Counted from the stretch's first letter, positions 17,763-27,821 are shown. The stretch is 64,000 bases of DNA from Eubacterium sp. (GCA_017463985.1 JAFUEH010000005.1:2005-66004), one strand, 5' to 3'. A program made the numbers and translations. Notes: generated by a model not told the origin, from the letters alone.

Positions 17763-19025
17763 ATGTCTTATGATTTAATTGTAGTAGGCGGCGGTCCTGC
17801 CGGTCTGGCAGCAGCAATCGCTGCGCACGACAAAGGGCTGGAAAAGATTCTTGTGATTGAACGTGACAAGGAGCTTGGCGGTATCTTAAACCAGTGTATT
17901 CATAACGGCTTCGGACTCCACTATTTCAAAGAGGAGCTGACCGGTCCGGAATACGCCGGCAGATTTATCAAAATGTTAGACGGCACCGGTATTGAGGTAA
18001 TGTGCGATACCATGGTGCTGGAGATCACACAGGAGAAGGACGTACACTGCATTAATCCGCAGAACGGCTATCAGATCCTGCAGGCAAAATCCATCGTGCT
18101 GGCGATGGGCTGCCGTGAGAGAACGCGCGGCGCGATCTCCATCCCGGGCACCCGTCCGGCCGGCGTGCTGACAGCCGGCGCGGCACAGCGCTATGTCAAT
18201 ATTGAAGGACAGATGGTCGGCAAGCGCGTCATCATTCTCGGCTCCGGCGACATCGGGCTGATCATGGCGCGCCGTATGACGCTTGAGGGCGCCGAGGTGC
18301 TCGCCTGCGTGGAGGTCATGCCGTATTCAGGCGGTCTGCAGCGTAACATCGTACAGTGCCTGAACGACTTTAATATTCCGCTTTACCTGTCGCATACGAT
18401 CATTGACATCAAGGGCAAGGACCGCGTCAGCGGCGTGACGATCGCCAAGGTCGGTCCCGACAGACGTCCGATCCCGGGAACGGAAATTGAGTTCGACTGT
18501 GACACCGTGCTGCTGTCCGTCGGCCTGATTCCTGAAAACGAGCTGACGCGCACCGCCGGCATCGATATTGATCCGCGCAGCAACGGCGTCGTGGTTTGGG
18601 AAAATATGGAAACCTCTGCCGAAGGTATCTTTGCCAGCGGCAATGTGGTACACGTGCACGATTTAGTAGACTACGTAACCGCTGAAAGTAAAAAAGCCGG
18701 TATCGGCGCAGCGGAATACGTAAAGCTCGGCGCACGCAGAAGGGAAAACGCCATCACCGTACAGGAGGGCAAGGACGTCGGCTTTATTGTTCCCGCCAAG
18801 ATCCACCGTACGGCTTATGACGCCGAGATCTTCTTCCGTCCGCGCAGGGTATTTAACACCAGCCATATTTTGGTGAAGGACGGTAACAACGTACTGGCCA
18901 AGCTCAAGCGCGCCCATCTTGCCCCGGGCGAAATGGAACGCGTAAGGCTTTCGCGCGCCCTGCTGGACGCTATTATGTCAGACGAAATCACAGTTTCGAT
19001 CGAGGAGGCGGAAGAAAATGACTGA
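17763..19025 (+). CDS. FAD/NAD(P)-binding pyridine nucleotide-disulfide oxidoreductase (partner subunit)
   Basis: DLIVVGGGPAGLAAA and a second Rossmann fold VIILGSGDIGL. 3-nt gap after the previous gene. Confidence 0.85.
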   Translation: MSYDLIVVGGGPAGLAAAIAAHDKGLEKILVIERDKELGGILNQCIHNGFGLHYFKEELTGPEYAGRFIKMLDGTGIEVMCDTMVLEITQEKDVHCINPQNGYQILQAKSIVLAMGCRERTRGAISIPGTRPAGVLTAGAAQRYVNIEGQMVGKRVIILGSGDIGLIMARRMTLEGAEVLACVEVMPYSGGLQRNIVQCLNDFNIPLYLSHTIIDIKGKDRVSGVTIAKVGPDRRPIPGTEIEFDCDTVLLSVGLIPENELTRTAGIDIDPRSNGVVVWENMETSAEGIFASGNVVHVHDLVDYVTAESKKAGIGAAEYVKLGARRRENAITVQEGKDVGFIVPAKIHRTAYDAEIFFRPRRVFNTSHILVKDGNNVLAKLKRAHLAPGEMERVRLSRALLDAIMSDEITVSIEEAEEND

Positions 19026-19365
19026 GTTAATTTGCATTACCTGCCCAAGAGGCTGTCACCTGACCGTAGACGAGGAAAACGGCTATACCGTTACCGGCAA
19101 TTCCTGCAAGCGCGGCGAGATCTACGGCGTGAACGAAATCAAAAATCCTGTCAGGGTCATCACCTCTACGGTGAGGACGGACAGCGTGACCCATCCGCGG
19201 TGTCCCGTTAAGACGAACGGCGCCATCCCGAAGGGCAAGATGTTTGAGGCGATGGCGCTGCTGGACGACGTTGAGCTAAAAACACCGGTCGATGCCGGCG
19301 AGGTTGTCATTGCGAACCTGTTCGACACCGGTATCGACTTTGTCACCTGTAAAGCCGTTGAATAA
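19018..19365 (+). CDS. DUF1667-domain protein (third member of the G3P dehydrogenase cluster)
   Basis: CITCPRGCHLTVDE...GNSCKRG motif. Overlaps the upstream gene by 8 nt. Confidence 0.85.
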   Translation: MTELICITCPRGCHLTVDEENGYTVTGNSCKRGEIYGVNEIKNPVRVITSTVRTDSVTHPRCPVKTNGAIPKGKMFEAMALLDDVELKTPVDAGEVVIANLFDTGIDFVTCKAVE

Positions 19366-19388
19366 CCCCTGTGGCCAAATACTAACAA

Positions 19389-19426
19389 CAAACCGCTGTG
19401 AGCTTTTGCTCACAGCGGTTTTTCTT
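19389..19426. terminator. Bidirectional terminator
   Basis: AAACCGCTGTGAGC-TTTT-GCTCACAGCGGTTT perfect stem with T-run, between convergent genes. Confidence 0.8.
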
Positions 19427-19452
19427 TAATACTGACCTATTCTGTTTTAAGG

Positions 19453-21036
19453 TTAGCCCACCGACAGCGGCGCGGTGTGGCTCGTGAGCTTGCCGGAGGA
19501 GGCAAAGGTATAGCTCGTACCCTCGATCTTCTGCGTACCGGTCACCATTTTGCCGCTGCTGTTCAGGTAATACCACGCGTTACCGAGCTTTTGCCAGCCG
19601 GTCAGCATCATGCCGTTGCTGCCGAAGTAGTACCACACGTTCGATACCTTTTTCCAGCCGACGGTCGCATAGCCGTTCGTCTGGTCCATATAATACCAGT
19701 TGCCGCCGAGCTGCAGCCAACCGGTTTTCATCGCGCCGGAGGTCATGAAATAATACTTCTTTTTGCCAAGGGTCAGCCAGCCGGTTTTCATTGAGCCGTC
19801 GCCGGTCAGGTAATACCACTTACCGCCGATCTTTTGCCAGCTCTTGGTCATCGCGCCGGACTGCGCAAAATAGTACCACTTATTATTCAGCTTTTGCCAG
19901 CCGGTAGCCATCACGCCCGCCGTTGAAAAATAATACGTTTTTCCCTCGATCGCCTGCTTGCCGGTCTGCATCACGCCGCTGGCGTCAAAATAGTACCAGC
20001 TGCCGTTGATCTTTTGCCAGAGCGTCGCCATCGCGCCCTTTGTGCCGAGGTAATAGGTCTTGTCCTCCAGCTCCGTAAAGCCGGTCTGTACAATGCCGTC
20101 AGCGTCAATGTAATAGCGCTGTTCGTTGACCTCTGTCCAGCCGCCGATGCGCATCACGCCGTCCGTGCCGAAATAGTACAGCTTTCCGTCAACAGTCCCA
20201 AATCCGGTCAGCATTGCGCCGTTCTTGTCGAACATATACCAGCCGCCGTTATATTTCAGCCAAACCGTGCGCATCGTGCCGTTTTGGTTAAAGTAGTACC
20301 ATTTGCCGCCGATCTTGCGCCAGGTGTTTGACACCATCGTGCCATCCTCCGCAAGATAGTACCAGCTGTCCTTATACTTCAGCCAGCCGAGCTGCATGGC
20401 GCCGTTTTGCGCAAAGTAATACCAGTGGCCGTCGATCTCCGCCCAATACTGCGCCGTCGTGCCGTCGTCGTTATAGTAATAGTTGGTGCCGTCATATTCA
20501 TCGGTATACCAGCCCTTTGGGATACCCTCTGTCACGGTGTCCTCAATATCGACCTCGATCACCGGCTCCGTGGAGGTAACGCCGAAAATACGGATCACGC
20601 GGTAATGCTTATTGCTGTGGTAGCTCAGCGGATAGTTATACACCACGCCCCACTTGCTGCCGACAGCCTCGACCGTATGATTATTACCGATATAGATCGC
20701 CACGTGGCCGTTCCACGAGATCACGTCGCCCGGCTGGGCGTTCGCCACAGAATCCTCGCCAACCACCGTACCGTATTTTTTAGGATTGTTCCAGTATTCA
20801 CTGGAGGAATACGGCAGCTCAATACCAAAGTGCGCATACACATAATGCACAAAGCCGGAGCAGTCAAAGGAATTCGGGCCGTGCGTACCCCACACGTACG
20901 GATAACCGTCGTATTTAGCGGCGTACGCCACAATATCGGCACCGTTGACCGAAGCGGCCTGCGCCTTTGCCGGAACACCGGCGAAGCAGGAAAATAGCAT
21001 CACCAGCGCTAAAAAAATACTTGCTGTTTTCTTCAA
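19453..21036 (-). CDS. Secreted NlpC/P60 (C40) cell-wall hydrolase with tandem cell-wall-binding repeats
   Basis: Signal peptide. NlpC/P60 core (FDCSGFVHYVY...GHVAIYIG). More than a dozen 20-aa repeats of type GW.K..G.WYYF...G.M.TG. TTG at 21036 has an AGAGGTGA RBS; the ORF-track start at 21045 is a GTG. Confidence 0.9.
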   Translation of the reverse strand: MKKTASIFLALVMLFSCFAGVPAKAQAASVNGADIVAYAAKYDGYPYVWGTHGPNSFDCSGFVHYVYAHFGIELPYSSSEYWNNPKKYGTVVGEDSVANAQPGDVISWNGHVAIYIGNNHTVEAVGSKWGVVYNYPLSYHSNKHYRVIRIFGVTSTEPVIEVDIEDTVTEGIPKGWYTDEYDGTNYYYNDDGTTAQYWAEIDGHWYYFAQNGAMQLGWLKYKDSWYYLAEDGTMVSNTWRKIGGKWYYFNQNGTMRTVWLKYNGGWYMFDKNGAMLTGFGTVDGKLYYFGTDGVMRIGGWTEVNEQRYYIDADGIVQTGFTELEDKTYYLGTKGAMATLWQKINGSWYYFDASGVMQTGKQAIEGKTYYFSTAGVMATGWQKLNNKWYYFAQSGAMTKSWQKIGGKWYYLTGDGSMKTGWLTLGKKKYYFMTSGAMKTGWLQLGGNWYYMDQTNGYATVGWKKVSNVWYYFGSNGMMLTGWQKLGNAWYYLNSSGKMVTGTQKIEGTSYTFASSGKLTSHTAPLSVG

Positions 21037-21160
21037 GGGAATCACCTCTGCGGATCACATAATACAAATTGTTTTCTATTCTTTGATAGATACAAACGCT
21101 AATATATATTGTACGAAATTTCGGTTACAAAGTCAAGTCGCCACATATTGTGTAAAAAAG

Positions 21161-21240
21161 AACACCTATCGGTCGAAAACCAATAGGTGTTGATTTTATG
21201 CCGGTAAAAAAATGACAACAAGTTACAGGGTTGTCATTTA
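21161..21240 (-). terminator. Two tandem terminator hairpins
   Basis: AATGACAAC...GTTGTCATT (21207-21240) and AACACCTAT...ATAGGTGTT (21161-21191). Each is followed by a T-run on the minus strand. Confidence 0.55.
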
Positions 21241-21972
21241 TTACTCTTTGTTATTATCCGCATCAAAGCGTTCTAAAAAGCTATGCTGTTGGCCGTCCTG
21301 TATATAGCCCGGCAGCGTATCGCGGCACACGGCGTGCAGACTTTGAAACACATTGCGTTCCAGATCAGGATTGACCTTTTGTATATCGCGCAGCACAGCC
21401 TGCGCCGCTGCATTTTCCGGCGGCCGTTCCGTCTCGCTGACCGGCAGGGCGTTATAGCGTACCCACGCGGCGATCGCCTCCTGTCCGATACAGAAGAGCG
21501 GCAAAATCACGCTGCCGCCCGTCACGGCTGTCTGCGGCAGTACCCCTTCGAGCCTGCCGCGGTAGAGCATCGCCGTCATCGCTTCGTTCACCACGTCGGT
21601 GCGGCAGGTTCCCTGTGCCAGCTTATTGCACGATAACGCCGCCAGCAGTGCCGACGGCTCGTTAGCCGTTTCCGGTGCGACCGTCTCACAGGATAAGCGC
21701 AGCCGTTCCGCCAGCGCAGCCGCCTGCGTATTGCCCTGCAGCAGTACCGGCACGACCGTAAAATCCGTTTGGCTGACGCGCTGCAGCTGCTGTAACAAAA
21801 GCACCGTCATGGCCGCTGCCGCTGTGCCGTCTGCCACGACGGCAATGCGGTCGCCGTCCTGTACTAAGGCATAACGCTGGACGCCCTCAATGAACGGGTT
21901 CCATAGCTCCTTGCGATATTTTTTGATCAGCGAGCGCTCAATCAGCTGATGCGGTTGTAATTCTCTTGCCAT
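21241..21972 (-). CDS. PP-loop (TtcA/TilS-like) family protein with degenerate ATP-binding motif
   Basis: N-terminus LIKKYRKELWNPFIEGVQRYALVQDGDRIAVVADGTAAAAMTVLLL resembles PP-loop ATPases, but the SGGKDS position reads ADGTAA. Overlaps the tcdA 3' end. Confidence 0.45.
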   Translation of the reverse strand: MARELQPHQLIERSLIKKYRKELWNPFIEGVQRYALVQDGDRIAVVADGTAAAAMTVLLLQQLQRVSQTDFTVVPVLLQGNTQAAALAERLRLSCETVAPETANEPSALLAALSCNKLAQGTCRTDVVNEAMTAMLYRGRLEGVLPQTAVTGGSVILPLFCIGQEAIAAWVRYNALPVSETERPPENAAAQAVLRDIQKVNPDLERNVFQSLHAVCRDTLPGYIQDGQQHSFLERFDADNNKE

Positions 21973-22699
21973 CGTTCGTTCCTGTTAAATCATTGATTAC
22001 CCGTGACGCAATGATCAGCCCTGCCGCCGGCGGTACAAAAGCGTTAGAGGCAGGCACCGTGCGTCCCTTGCTGTTTTCCTGCGCCTGTACGGCCTGCACC
22101 TGCTCCGCCGCCGGTTTTTTCGGCTGTTCTGTGGAGCAGAGCACCGTCAGATGGCGAATACCGCGCTTGCGCAGCTCATAACGCATCACACGCGCTAAGG
22201 GATCGTAGGCCGTTTTGCTGATATCGGTAATACAAAATTGCGTCGGGTCTGTTTTATTACCGGTGCCCATCGAGGCGATCAGCGGCACGCCCTGCGCCGT
22301 ACACAGCTCCGCCAGCAGCAGCTTGGACTTCACGGAGTCAATGGCGTCCACCACGTAATCATATTGTGAAAAATCGAATTGTTCCTTGGTTTCTTCACTG
22401 AAAAACAGCGTATGCGCAACCACCCTGCATTCCGGAGAAATATCAGCGATCCGTGCCTGCATGACAGCGGTCTTGCTTTGGCCGATCGTCGAATGCAGGG
22501 CGATGATCTGTCGGTTCAGGTTCGTCAGCGACACGGTGTCGTTATCCACGATATCCAGCGCACCTACGCCGGAACGCACCAACGCCTCTACCACATAACC
22601 GCCGACGCCTCCCACGCCAAAGACGGCCACACGGCTGTTTTTCAAACGCTCCATCGCTTCGCTGCCGTACAGCAGCGCCGTTCTTGCAAACTGATCCAT
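21938..22699 (-). CDS. tcdA: tRNA threonylcarbamoyladenosine dehydratase (ThiF/MoeB-family)
   Basis: RTALLYGSEAMERLKNSRVAVFGVGGVGGYVVEALVRSGVGALDIVDNDTVSLTNLNRQ. The ATG at 22699 abuts the upstream stop. Confidence 0.85.
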   Translation of the reverse strand: MDQFARTALLYGSEAMERLKNSRVAVFGVGGVGGYVVEALVRSGVGALDIVDNDTVSLTNLNRQIIALHSTIGQSKTAVMQARIADISPECRVVAHTLFFSEETKEQFDFSQYDYVVDAIDSVKSKLLLAELCTAQGVPLIASMGTGNKTDPTQFCITDISKTAYDPLARVMRYELRKRGIRHLTVLCSTEQPKKPAAEQVQAVQAQENSKGRTVPASNAFVPPAAGLIIASRVINDLTGTNDGKRITTASAD

Positions 22700-22700
22700 A

Positions 22701-23234
22701 TCAGCGATTAAAGTGCGCAAACGGATAATCCAGACTGAGCCTGTCCTGCTGCTCCAGCGCAATGCCGTTATAACGCAGTGCTTCACCGTCCACCGTCAGC
22801 TCAAAGCTGTTCCTGCCGACGGCCGACGGAATATTGCTGACCGTCAGCGTGTCGCCATCCAGCTGATAATCGGCGCTGCCTTCAAAATACTTTGCGTCGT
22901 CGCCCTCTACATTTTCACGGCTGAAATAGGCAATATCCGCCTGACCGTCATCACCGAATACAAAGGCATACGCCGCCTTATCCTCATCGTCATAGAAATA
23001 CCAGCAGCCGTCCTTCAGGAACGCCGGCGTACTGTCAGCCTCTGTTGTGCTTTCCGTCGGCTGGGTCGTTTCGGTTGCCGTCGGTTGGGTCGTGCCTTCC
23101 GTCGTTTCTGTCACGACAGTCGTGCTCTCCGCCGCCGTAGTGCTTTCCGTTTCGTCCGGCGCGGCCTGACAGCCTGCCAGCAGCGTCACCATCAGCGCAG
23201 CGCTGACGAAAATCATCATCCATTTTTTTATCAT
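22701..23234 (-). CDS. Lipoprotein of unknown function
   Basis: MIKKWMMIFVSAALMVTLLAGC lipobox, a T/E-rich linker, then a small globular domain. Confidence 0.7.
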   Translation of the reverse strand: MIKKWMMIFVSAALMVTLLAGCQAAPDETESTTAAESTTVVTETTEGTTQPTATETTQPTESTTEADSTPAFLKDGCWYFYDDEDKAAYAFVFGDDGQADIAYFSRENVEGDDAKYFEGSADYQLDGDTLTVSNIPSAVGRNSFELTVDGEALRYNGIALEQQDRLSLDYPFAHFNR

Positions 23235-23402
23235 AGCTTTCACCTCATTTTTAATTATTCCAATTTTACCATAAGAAAATCCGATTGACAATACAAGAAA
23301 TGTAAAATATAATCTAACTGTGAAAATTCTGTTGATTATTTTTGATTTGCACCTGCCGGAGACGACTTACCGGCCGGCAAGCATCGGAAAGGAAATATTG
23401 CC

Positions 23403-23966
23403 ATGAAATGGTTGATTGCTTCTGACATACACGGCTCGGCCTACTATTGCCGCGCCTTACTGGACGCCTTTGAAAAAGAACACGCCGACCGGCTGCTATT
23501 ACTCGGTGACCTTCTCTATCACGGTCCGCGCAACGACCTGCCGCGCGACTATCAGCCCAAGGAGGTCCTGCGCCTGTTAAACGAACGGAAGGACAGGATC
23601 ATGGCGGTGCGCGGTAACTGCGACACCGAGGTGGATCAGATGGTACTGGATTTCCCAATCCTGGCGGACTATGCGCTCATCAGCCTGGAGGATCGCGTGA
23701 TATTTGCCACGCACGGCCATCACTTCCATCGGGAGGCACTGCCGCCGCTCCAGCCGGGCGATGTGCTGCTGTACGGTCACACGCACGTTCCGCTGTGTGA
23801 ATGGCAGGACGGTATTCTTTGCTGCAACCCCGGTTCCGTATCCATTCCAAAGGAACACTCGCACCACGGCTATATGACGTTAGAAAACGCTACGCTGTAC
23901 TGGAAAACCCTTGACGGGGACACCGTTCGCGCCTGCTCGCTGCAGGAGGAGGCTGACCGATCATGA
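23403..23966 (+). CDS. YfcE-type metallophosphoesterase
   Basis: Calcineurin-like motifs SDIHGS, LLGDLLYHGPRN, RGNCD, THGHH, YGHTH. Confidence 0.85.
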   Translation: MKWLIASDIHGSAYYCRALLDAFEKEHADRLLLLGDLLYHGPRNDLPRDYQPKEVLRLLNERKDRIMAVRGNCDTEVDQMVLDFPILADYALISLEDRVIFATHGHHFHREALPPLQPGDVLLYGHTHVPLCEWQDGILCCNPGSVSIPKEHSHHGYMTLENATLYWKTLDGDTVRACSLQEEADRS

Positions 23967-24634
23967 CCGTACACCAGTATCCCAACGAGCGCGCCGAATA
24001 CCTGCTGCTGCAATGCGTAGACGAGCATGACGCGGCGCTGCTCGACAGTGAATACCGTATTTTGTCCTCCTTGACGGACATTCCGTTTTCGCTGGTGGCC
24101 GTACAGGTAGAAAGCTGGAACAGCGACCTGTCCCCGTGGGAAGCACCGCCGGTATTCGGCAAGGAGCCCTTTGGCGGTAACGCCCGTGCAACGCTTGACG
24201 GCCTGACGGAAACACTGCTGCCGTCGCTGGAAGCAGCGGGTGGTTGGCGGCAAGAGCTGCCCATTATTCTCGGCGGCTACTCCCTCGCCGGTCTGTTCGC
24301 CCTTTGGTGCGGCTATCATTCCACACGCTTCAGCGGTATCGCAGCCGCCTCTCCTTCGGTTTGGTTCAACGGATGGATCGAGCACGCCGCTTCTCATCCG
24401 TTCCTGGCGCAAGCCGCCGCGCTCAGCCTGGGCGATCAGGAAGCCAAAACACGCAACGCCCAGATGGCCACCGTAGCGGACTGCCTTGCGCAGCAACAGA
24501 CGCTGCTGACGCAGCAGGGCGTTCCCTGTTCGTTTGAATGGCATCCGGGCAATCACTTTCGGGATAGCGACCGGCGCACAGCCAAGGCCTTTGCCTCGGT
24601 GATAGCACTGTTAGAATCGATTACGCACAAATAA
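23963..24634 (+). CDS. Alpha/beta hydrolase (esterase family)
   Basis: Nucleophile elbow GGYSLAG. ATGA overlap with the upstream gene. Confidence 0.7.
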   Translation: MTVHQYPNERAEYLLLQCVDEHDAALLDSEYRILSSLTDIPFSLVAVQVESWNSDLSPWEAPPVFGKEPFGGNARATLDGLTETLLPSLEAAGGWRQELPIILGGYSLAGLFALWCGYHSTRFSGIAAASPSVWFNGWIEHAASHPFLAQAAALSLGDQEAKTRNAQMATVADCLAQQQTLLTQQGVPCSFEWHPGNHFRDSDRRTAKAFASVIALLESITHK

Positions 24635-24640
24635 CAGACG

Positions 24641-24675
24641 ACGGCTTGGAAAATCATACTTCCCAAGCCGTTTTA
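24641..24675. terminator. Bidirectional terminator
   Basis: ACGGCTTGGAA...TTCCCAAGCCGT stem followed by TTTT. Confidence 0.75.
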
Positions 24676-24690
24676 TCATCGTTATATATT

Positions 24691-25530
24691 TTATCCTTTC
24701 GGTTTTAGATTTTCGTAAAACGCATACGGCACCGCCAGGTTTCCCCTGCCGGTACCCATGAAAAGCCCCGGCTTGGCAGCGCCGTGGAAATCGGAACCGC
24801 CGCTCTGCCTTAAGCCAAACTGCGCTGCCAGCGCTTGCGCCTGCGCCGTTTGCTCCGCAGTATATTCCGAATACAGCGTTTCGATCGCGTCCAGACCGGC
24901 CGCCTTTGCTTCCGGCAGAAAACGCAGCATAAAATCGACATCCACGCTGTACAGCGGATGCGCGTGCACCGCCACGCCGCCAAACTCCTTGATAAAGCGG
25001 ATTGTCGCCAGCGCACCCAGCCGCCGCGGCGGCTCATAAAAGCCGTTTCCCTCCTTCAGGATGCCGGCAAACGCTGTCTTTTTATCAGGGACATAGCCCT
25101 TTTTCACCATCACGTCGGCGACGTGTGAGCGATTGAATTCATCGGCCTCGGTCGAGGCAGCCACCTCCTCGTAGGTGATCGGATAACCGGCTTCGTTCAG
25201 CCGCCGGATCAGCTTTTGATTACTGTGGCGTTTGGCAATATGCATTAACGCAACATAATCCTCAATTTCTGCAAAAGAGGAAGGCGGCATAAACAGGCCG
25301 ACGATATGCAGCTCCTTGCCCTCATGATCTGTTGAAAACTCACAGCCGGCAACGGCCTCCACCGTGCTGCTCTCCGCCGCCTTTAAAAATGCCGGCAGTC
25401 CCTTGGCGGTATTATGATCCGTCAGCGCCAAGGCGGCCACGCCGCACTGCTCAGCATGACAAATCAGCTCTGCCGGCGTCATCGTACCGTCAGAGCAATT
25501 AGAGTGGCAATGTAAATCACAAATTTTCAT
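24691..25530 (-). CDS. PHP-domain phosphoesterase (second copy)
   Basis: DLHCHSNCSDGT, LTDHN, HAHP motifs. Confidence 0.85.
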   Translation of the reverse strand: MKICDLHCHSNCSDGTMTPAELICHAEQCGVAALALTDHNTAKGLPAFLKAAESSTVEAVAGCEFSTDHEGKELHIVGLFMPPSSFAEIEDYVALMHIAKRHSNQKLIRRLNEAGYPITYEEVAASTEADEFNRSHVADVMVKKGYVPDKKTAFAGILKEGNGFYEPPRRLGALATIRFIKEFGGVAVHAHPLYSVDVDFMLRFLPEAKAAGLDAIETLYSEYTAEQTAQAQALAAQFGLRQSGGSDFHGAAKPGLFMGTGRGNLAVPYAFYENLKPKG

Positions 25531-25692
25531 ACCGATCTCCTTTATGCGTTCATCGTCGCTACTTATTAGCTATATTTTAATCGATTCGTCGTCCAATGTC
25601 AATCACGCCTCACTCACTTGCAAAACAAACAAAAATAGTGTACACTATCATCATAGTCAATAGGAACCCTGAGGCAAAACGGAGGAATCGCC

Positions 25693-26427
25693 ATGTTTGA
25701 TGCAAAGAAAGTTAAAGACGAATGCGTACAGTGGATACGCGATTTTTTTGAAGAAAACGGAAAGGGCTGTAACGCCATCGTCGGTATTTCGGGCGGCAAA
25801 GACAGCTCCATCGTCGCAGCCCTCTGCGCAGAGGCGCTGGGTAAGGATCGCGTCATCGGTGTGCTGATGCCCTGCGGCGTACAGCAGGATATCGACAAGG
25901 CGGAGCTGTTGGTCAAGCATCTCGGCATCCGTCACTACGTCATCAATATCAAGGAGGCGGTGGACGGGCTCCATCACAGTATGCCGTTTGCACTGTCCGT
26001 GCAAAGCGTTACAAACATTCCGCCGCGGGTGCGTATGACCACGCTGTATGCGGTGGCGCAAAGTCACAACGGCCGCGTTGCCAACACCTGTAACCTGTCG
26101 GAGGACTGGGTTGGCTATTCCACGCGCTACGGCGATGCTGCAGGCGATTTCAGCCCCTGCTCCCATCTCACGGTAGCTGAAATGAAGCAGATCGGCACCC
26201 TGCTCGGCCTGCCGGACGAGCTCGTCAACAAGGTACCGGCTGACGGCCTGTGCGGTAAAACAGACGAGGATAATCTCGGTTTCACTTACGCCGTACTGGA
26301 CCGCTATATCCGTACCGGCGAAATTGACGATCCTGCTATCAAGGAGCGCATTGATTATCTGCACCGGCTGAATGCCTTCAAGCTCAAGCTGATGCCGGCC
26401 TTTGTGCCGTCGTCAGAGGAGGCTTAA
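25693..26427 (+). CDS. nadE: Ammonia-dependent NAD+ synthetase
   Basis: PP-loop GISGGKDSS, YGDAAGDFSP and the NadE-type C-terminus. RBS ACGGAGGAA. Confidence 0.9.
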   Translation: MFDAKKVKDECVQWIRDFFEENGKGCNAIVGISGGKDSSIVAALCAEALGKDRVIGVLMPCGVQQDIDKAELLVKHLGIRHYVINIKEAVDGLHHSMPFALSVQSVTNIPPRVRMTTLYAVAQSHNGRVANTCNLSEDWVGYSTRYGDAAGDFSPCSHLTVAEMKQIGTLLGLPDELVNKVPADGLCGKTDEDNLGFTYAVLDRYIRTGEIDDPAIKERIDYLHRLNAFKLKLMPAFVPSSEEA

Positions 26428-26478
26428 AGCCAAAGCCTCTCACCCATCTGCTCCAAGCAGCAGCTATATACAAAATGA

Positions 26479-26509
26479 ACGGTAAGTCAGGATTGGCTTA
26501 CCGTTTTGT
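26479..26509 (+). terminator. Rho-independent terminator
   Basis: ACGGTAAG...CTTACCGT followed by TTTGTTT. Overlaps the 3' end of the convergent gene. Confidence 0.6.
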
Positions 26510-27152
26510 TTGATTTCTTTAATTTCGTAAAAAGTCGGTTATATAGCCTAACAAGACTGCCGACGGCCACTGCTGCGATAATACTGCCCTCGCGCACGCC
26601 CTCCAGCTTGCCTAAAAATACCAGGCAGATCACAGCTGACAGCGCGATATAGATCACGTCAAACAGGATTTTTATGTTCTCATACCGCTTGCCCGTCACC
26701 ACGCTGATCGCGCGGTTCATGGCCTCGCCCGGCAGCATCGCCACACCGCCACGCAGCTGTACCCATAAGCCGAAAGCTAACACCACACAGCCAAGCGCCA
26801 TATACAGCAGCTGATGCGCGTAGGTCGGCACGGGCAGGTTCCGGATCAGGTAGCAGGACAGGTTCGTTAAATATCCGTAGACGAAGGCCAACGCCGTTTG
26901 GATCACGATCTCGAGCGGTTTGCATTTTTGGCGCAGCAATGCCACCTGCACAGCGATCTGCACCACGCTCAGCAGGTTCAGCCAGCCGCCGAACGAAAAC
27001 AGACTGCTGACCAGCGATACCGAATAGGGCAATGACGCCACGGGAGAGGTACCCAGTCCCGCCTTTGTTGAAAACGCCACGCCCATTGAAGCGATAAACA
27101 GCCCGATCAAAAACAAGGCGTACCGCCGGATAATATCCAACTTTTGATTCAT
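26487..27152 (-). CDS. YczE/YitT-like integral membrane protein
   Basis: MNQKLDIIRRYALFLIGLFIASMGVAFSTKAGLGTSPVASLPY pattern, 5-6 TM helices. Internal ATG at 27152 chosen. Confidence 0.7.
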   Translation of the reverse strand: MNQKLDIIRRYALFLIGLFIASMGVAFSTKAGLGTSPVASLPYSVSLVSSLFSFGGWLNLLSVVQIAVQVALLRQKCKPLEIVIQTALAFVYGYLTNLSCYLIRNLPVPTYAHQLLYMALGCVVLAFGLWVQLRGGVAMLPGEAMNRAISVVTGKRYENIKILFDVIYIALSAVICLVFLGKLEGVREGSIIAAVAVGSLVRLYNRLFTKLKKSNKTVSQS

Positions 27153-27305
27153 CTTCTTATACTTCCTTTGCCGCAAACTACCTATTATCTTAATACAGTG
27201 GCGCCGCCTTTGCAATAGCAAATTTCTCTATAGCCCTGTCGTTGACGGTGTGCTATACGGTATGCTATAATAATACTTACAAAAATAAAGGTGAGGTAAG
27301 GGACA

Positions 27306-27821
27306 ATGAAGGGCAGAGGCAACACCGTACGTACGCTCCTGTTGGCAGGCGTTGCGGCAGCGGCAGTAATCGTGCTGGCCGTGCTGCTGATCAAGGGCGG
27401 CCGCAGTGAAAAAACGGTCGGTCATGACATAGCGCCGACAGACATCACTGATTTTTACTATACGCTTGACAGTAGCGTGGATCCGCCGGTATATCAGCGC
27501 TACCGCTTTTATACGGAAAACGGCAGCTACTACTTTTATCATGAAACAAGAGAGGGCGACCACTGGCCGCTGACAGAGGAGGATATCACGGTTGCCGGAA
27601 CCGTTACGCTGTCAGACGCAGAGTGGACAGCCCTTTGGCACTGCCTCGAGGATGGCACCGTCCGGCCGCCTGAGGCGAACACAGAAACCGGCAACGCCGG
27701 ACCGTGGCTGTTCCTGTATTGGAACGGCGACCGTGACCGTTTCCGTCAATACACCTTTGCGACAGCGGCGCAGCAGGCTGACTTTGAGGCGCTTTGCGAA
27801 GCGCTGGCGGCCGCGCGCTGA
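27306..27821 (+). CDS. Membrane-anchored hypothetical protein
   Basis: RBS GTGAGGTAAGGG. N-terminal TM anchor LLLAGVAAAAVIVLAVLLI. No recognisable domain. Confidence 0.6.
   Translation: MKGRGNTVRTLLLAGVAAAAVIVLAVLLIKGGRSEKTVGHDIAPTDITDFYYTLDSSVDPPVYQRYRFYTENGSYYFYHETREGDHWPLTEEDITVAGTVTLSDAEWTALWHCLEDGTVRPPEANTETGNAGPWLFLYWNGDRDRFRQYTFATAAQQADFEALCEALAAAR

Noticed and set aside
19480-20520. Highly periodic DNA repeats, about 60 nt period
   Set aside because: These are not a CRISPR or satellite array. They are the coding repeats for the cell-wall-binding modules of the NlpC/P60 hydrolase, in frame and without spacers.
22713-26364. Other long antisense ORFs in the backbone (22713-23288, 23870-24556, 25657-26364); also 31090-31920 and 37909-38703
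   Set aside because: All lie opposite genes with clear family signatures, lack an RBS and have shadow-frame composition.
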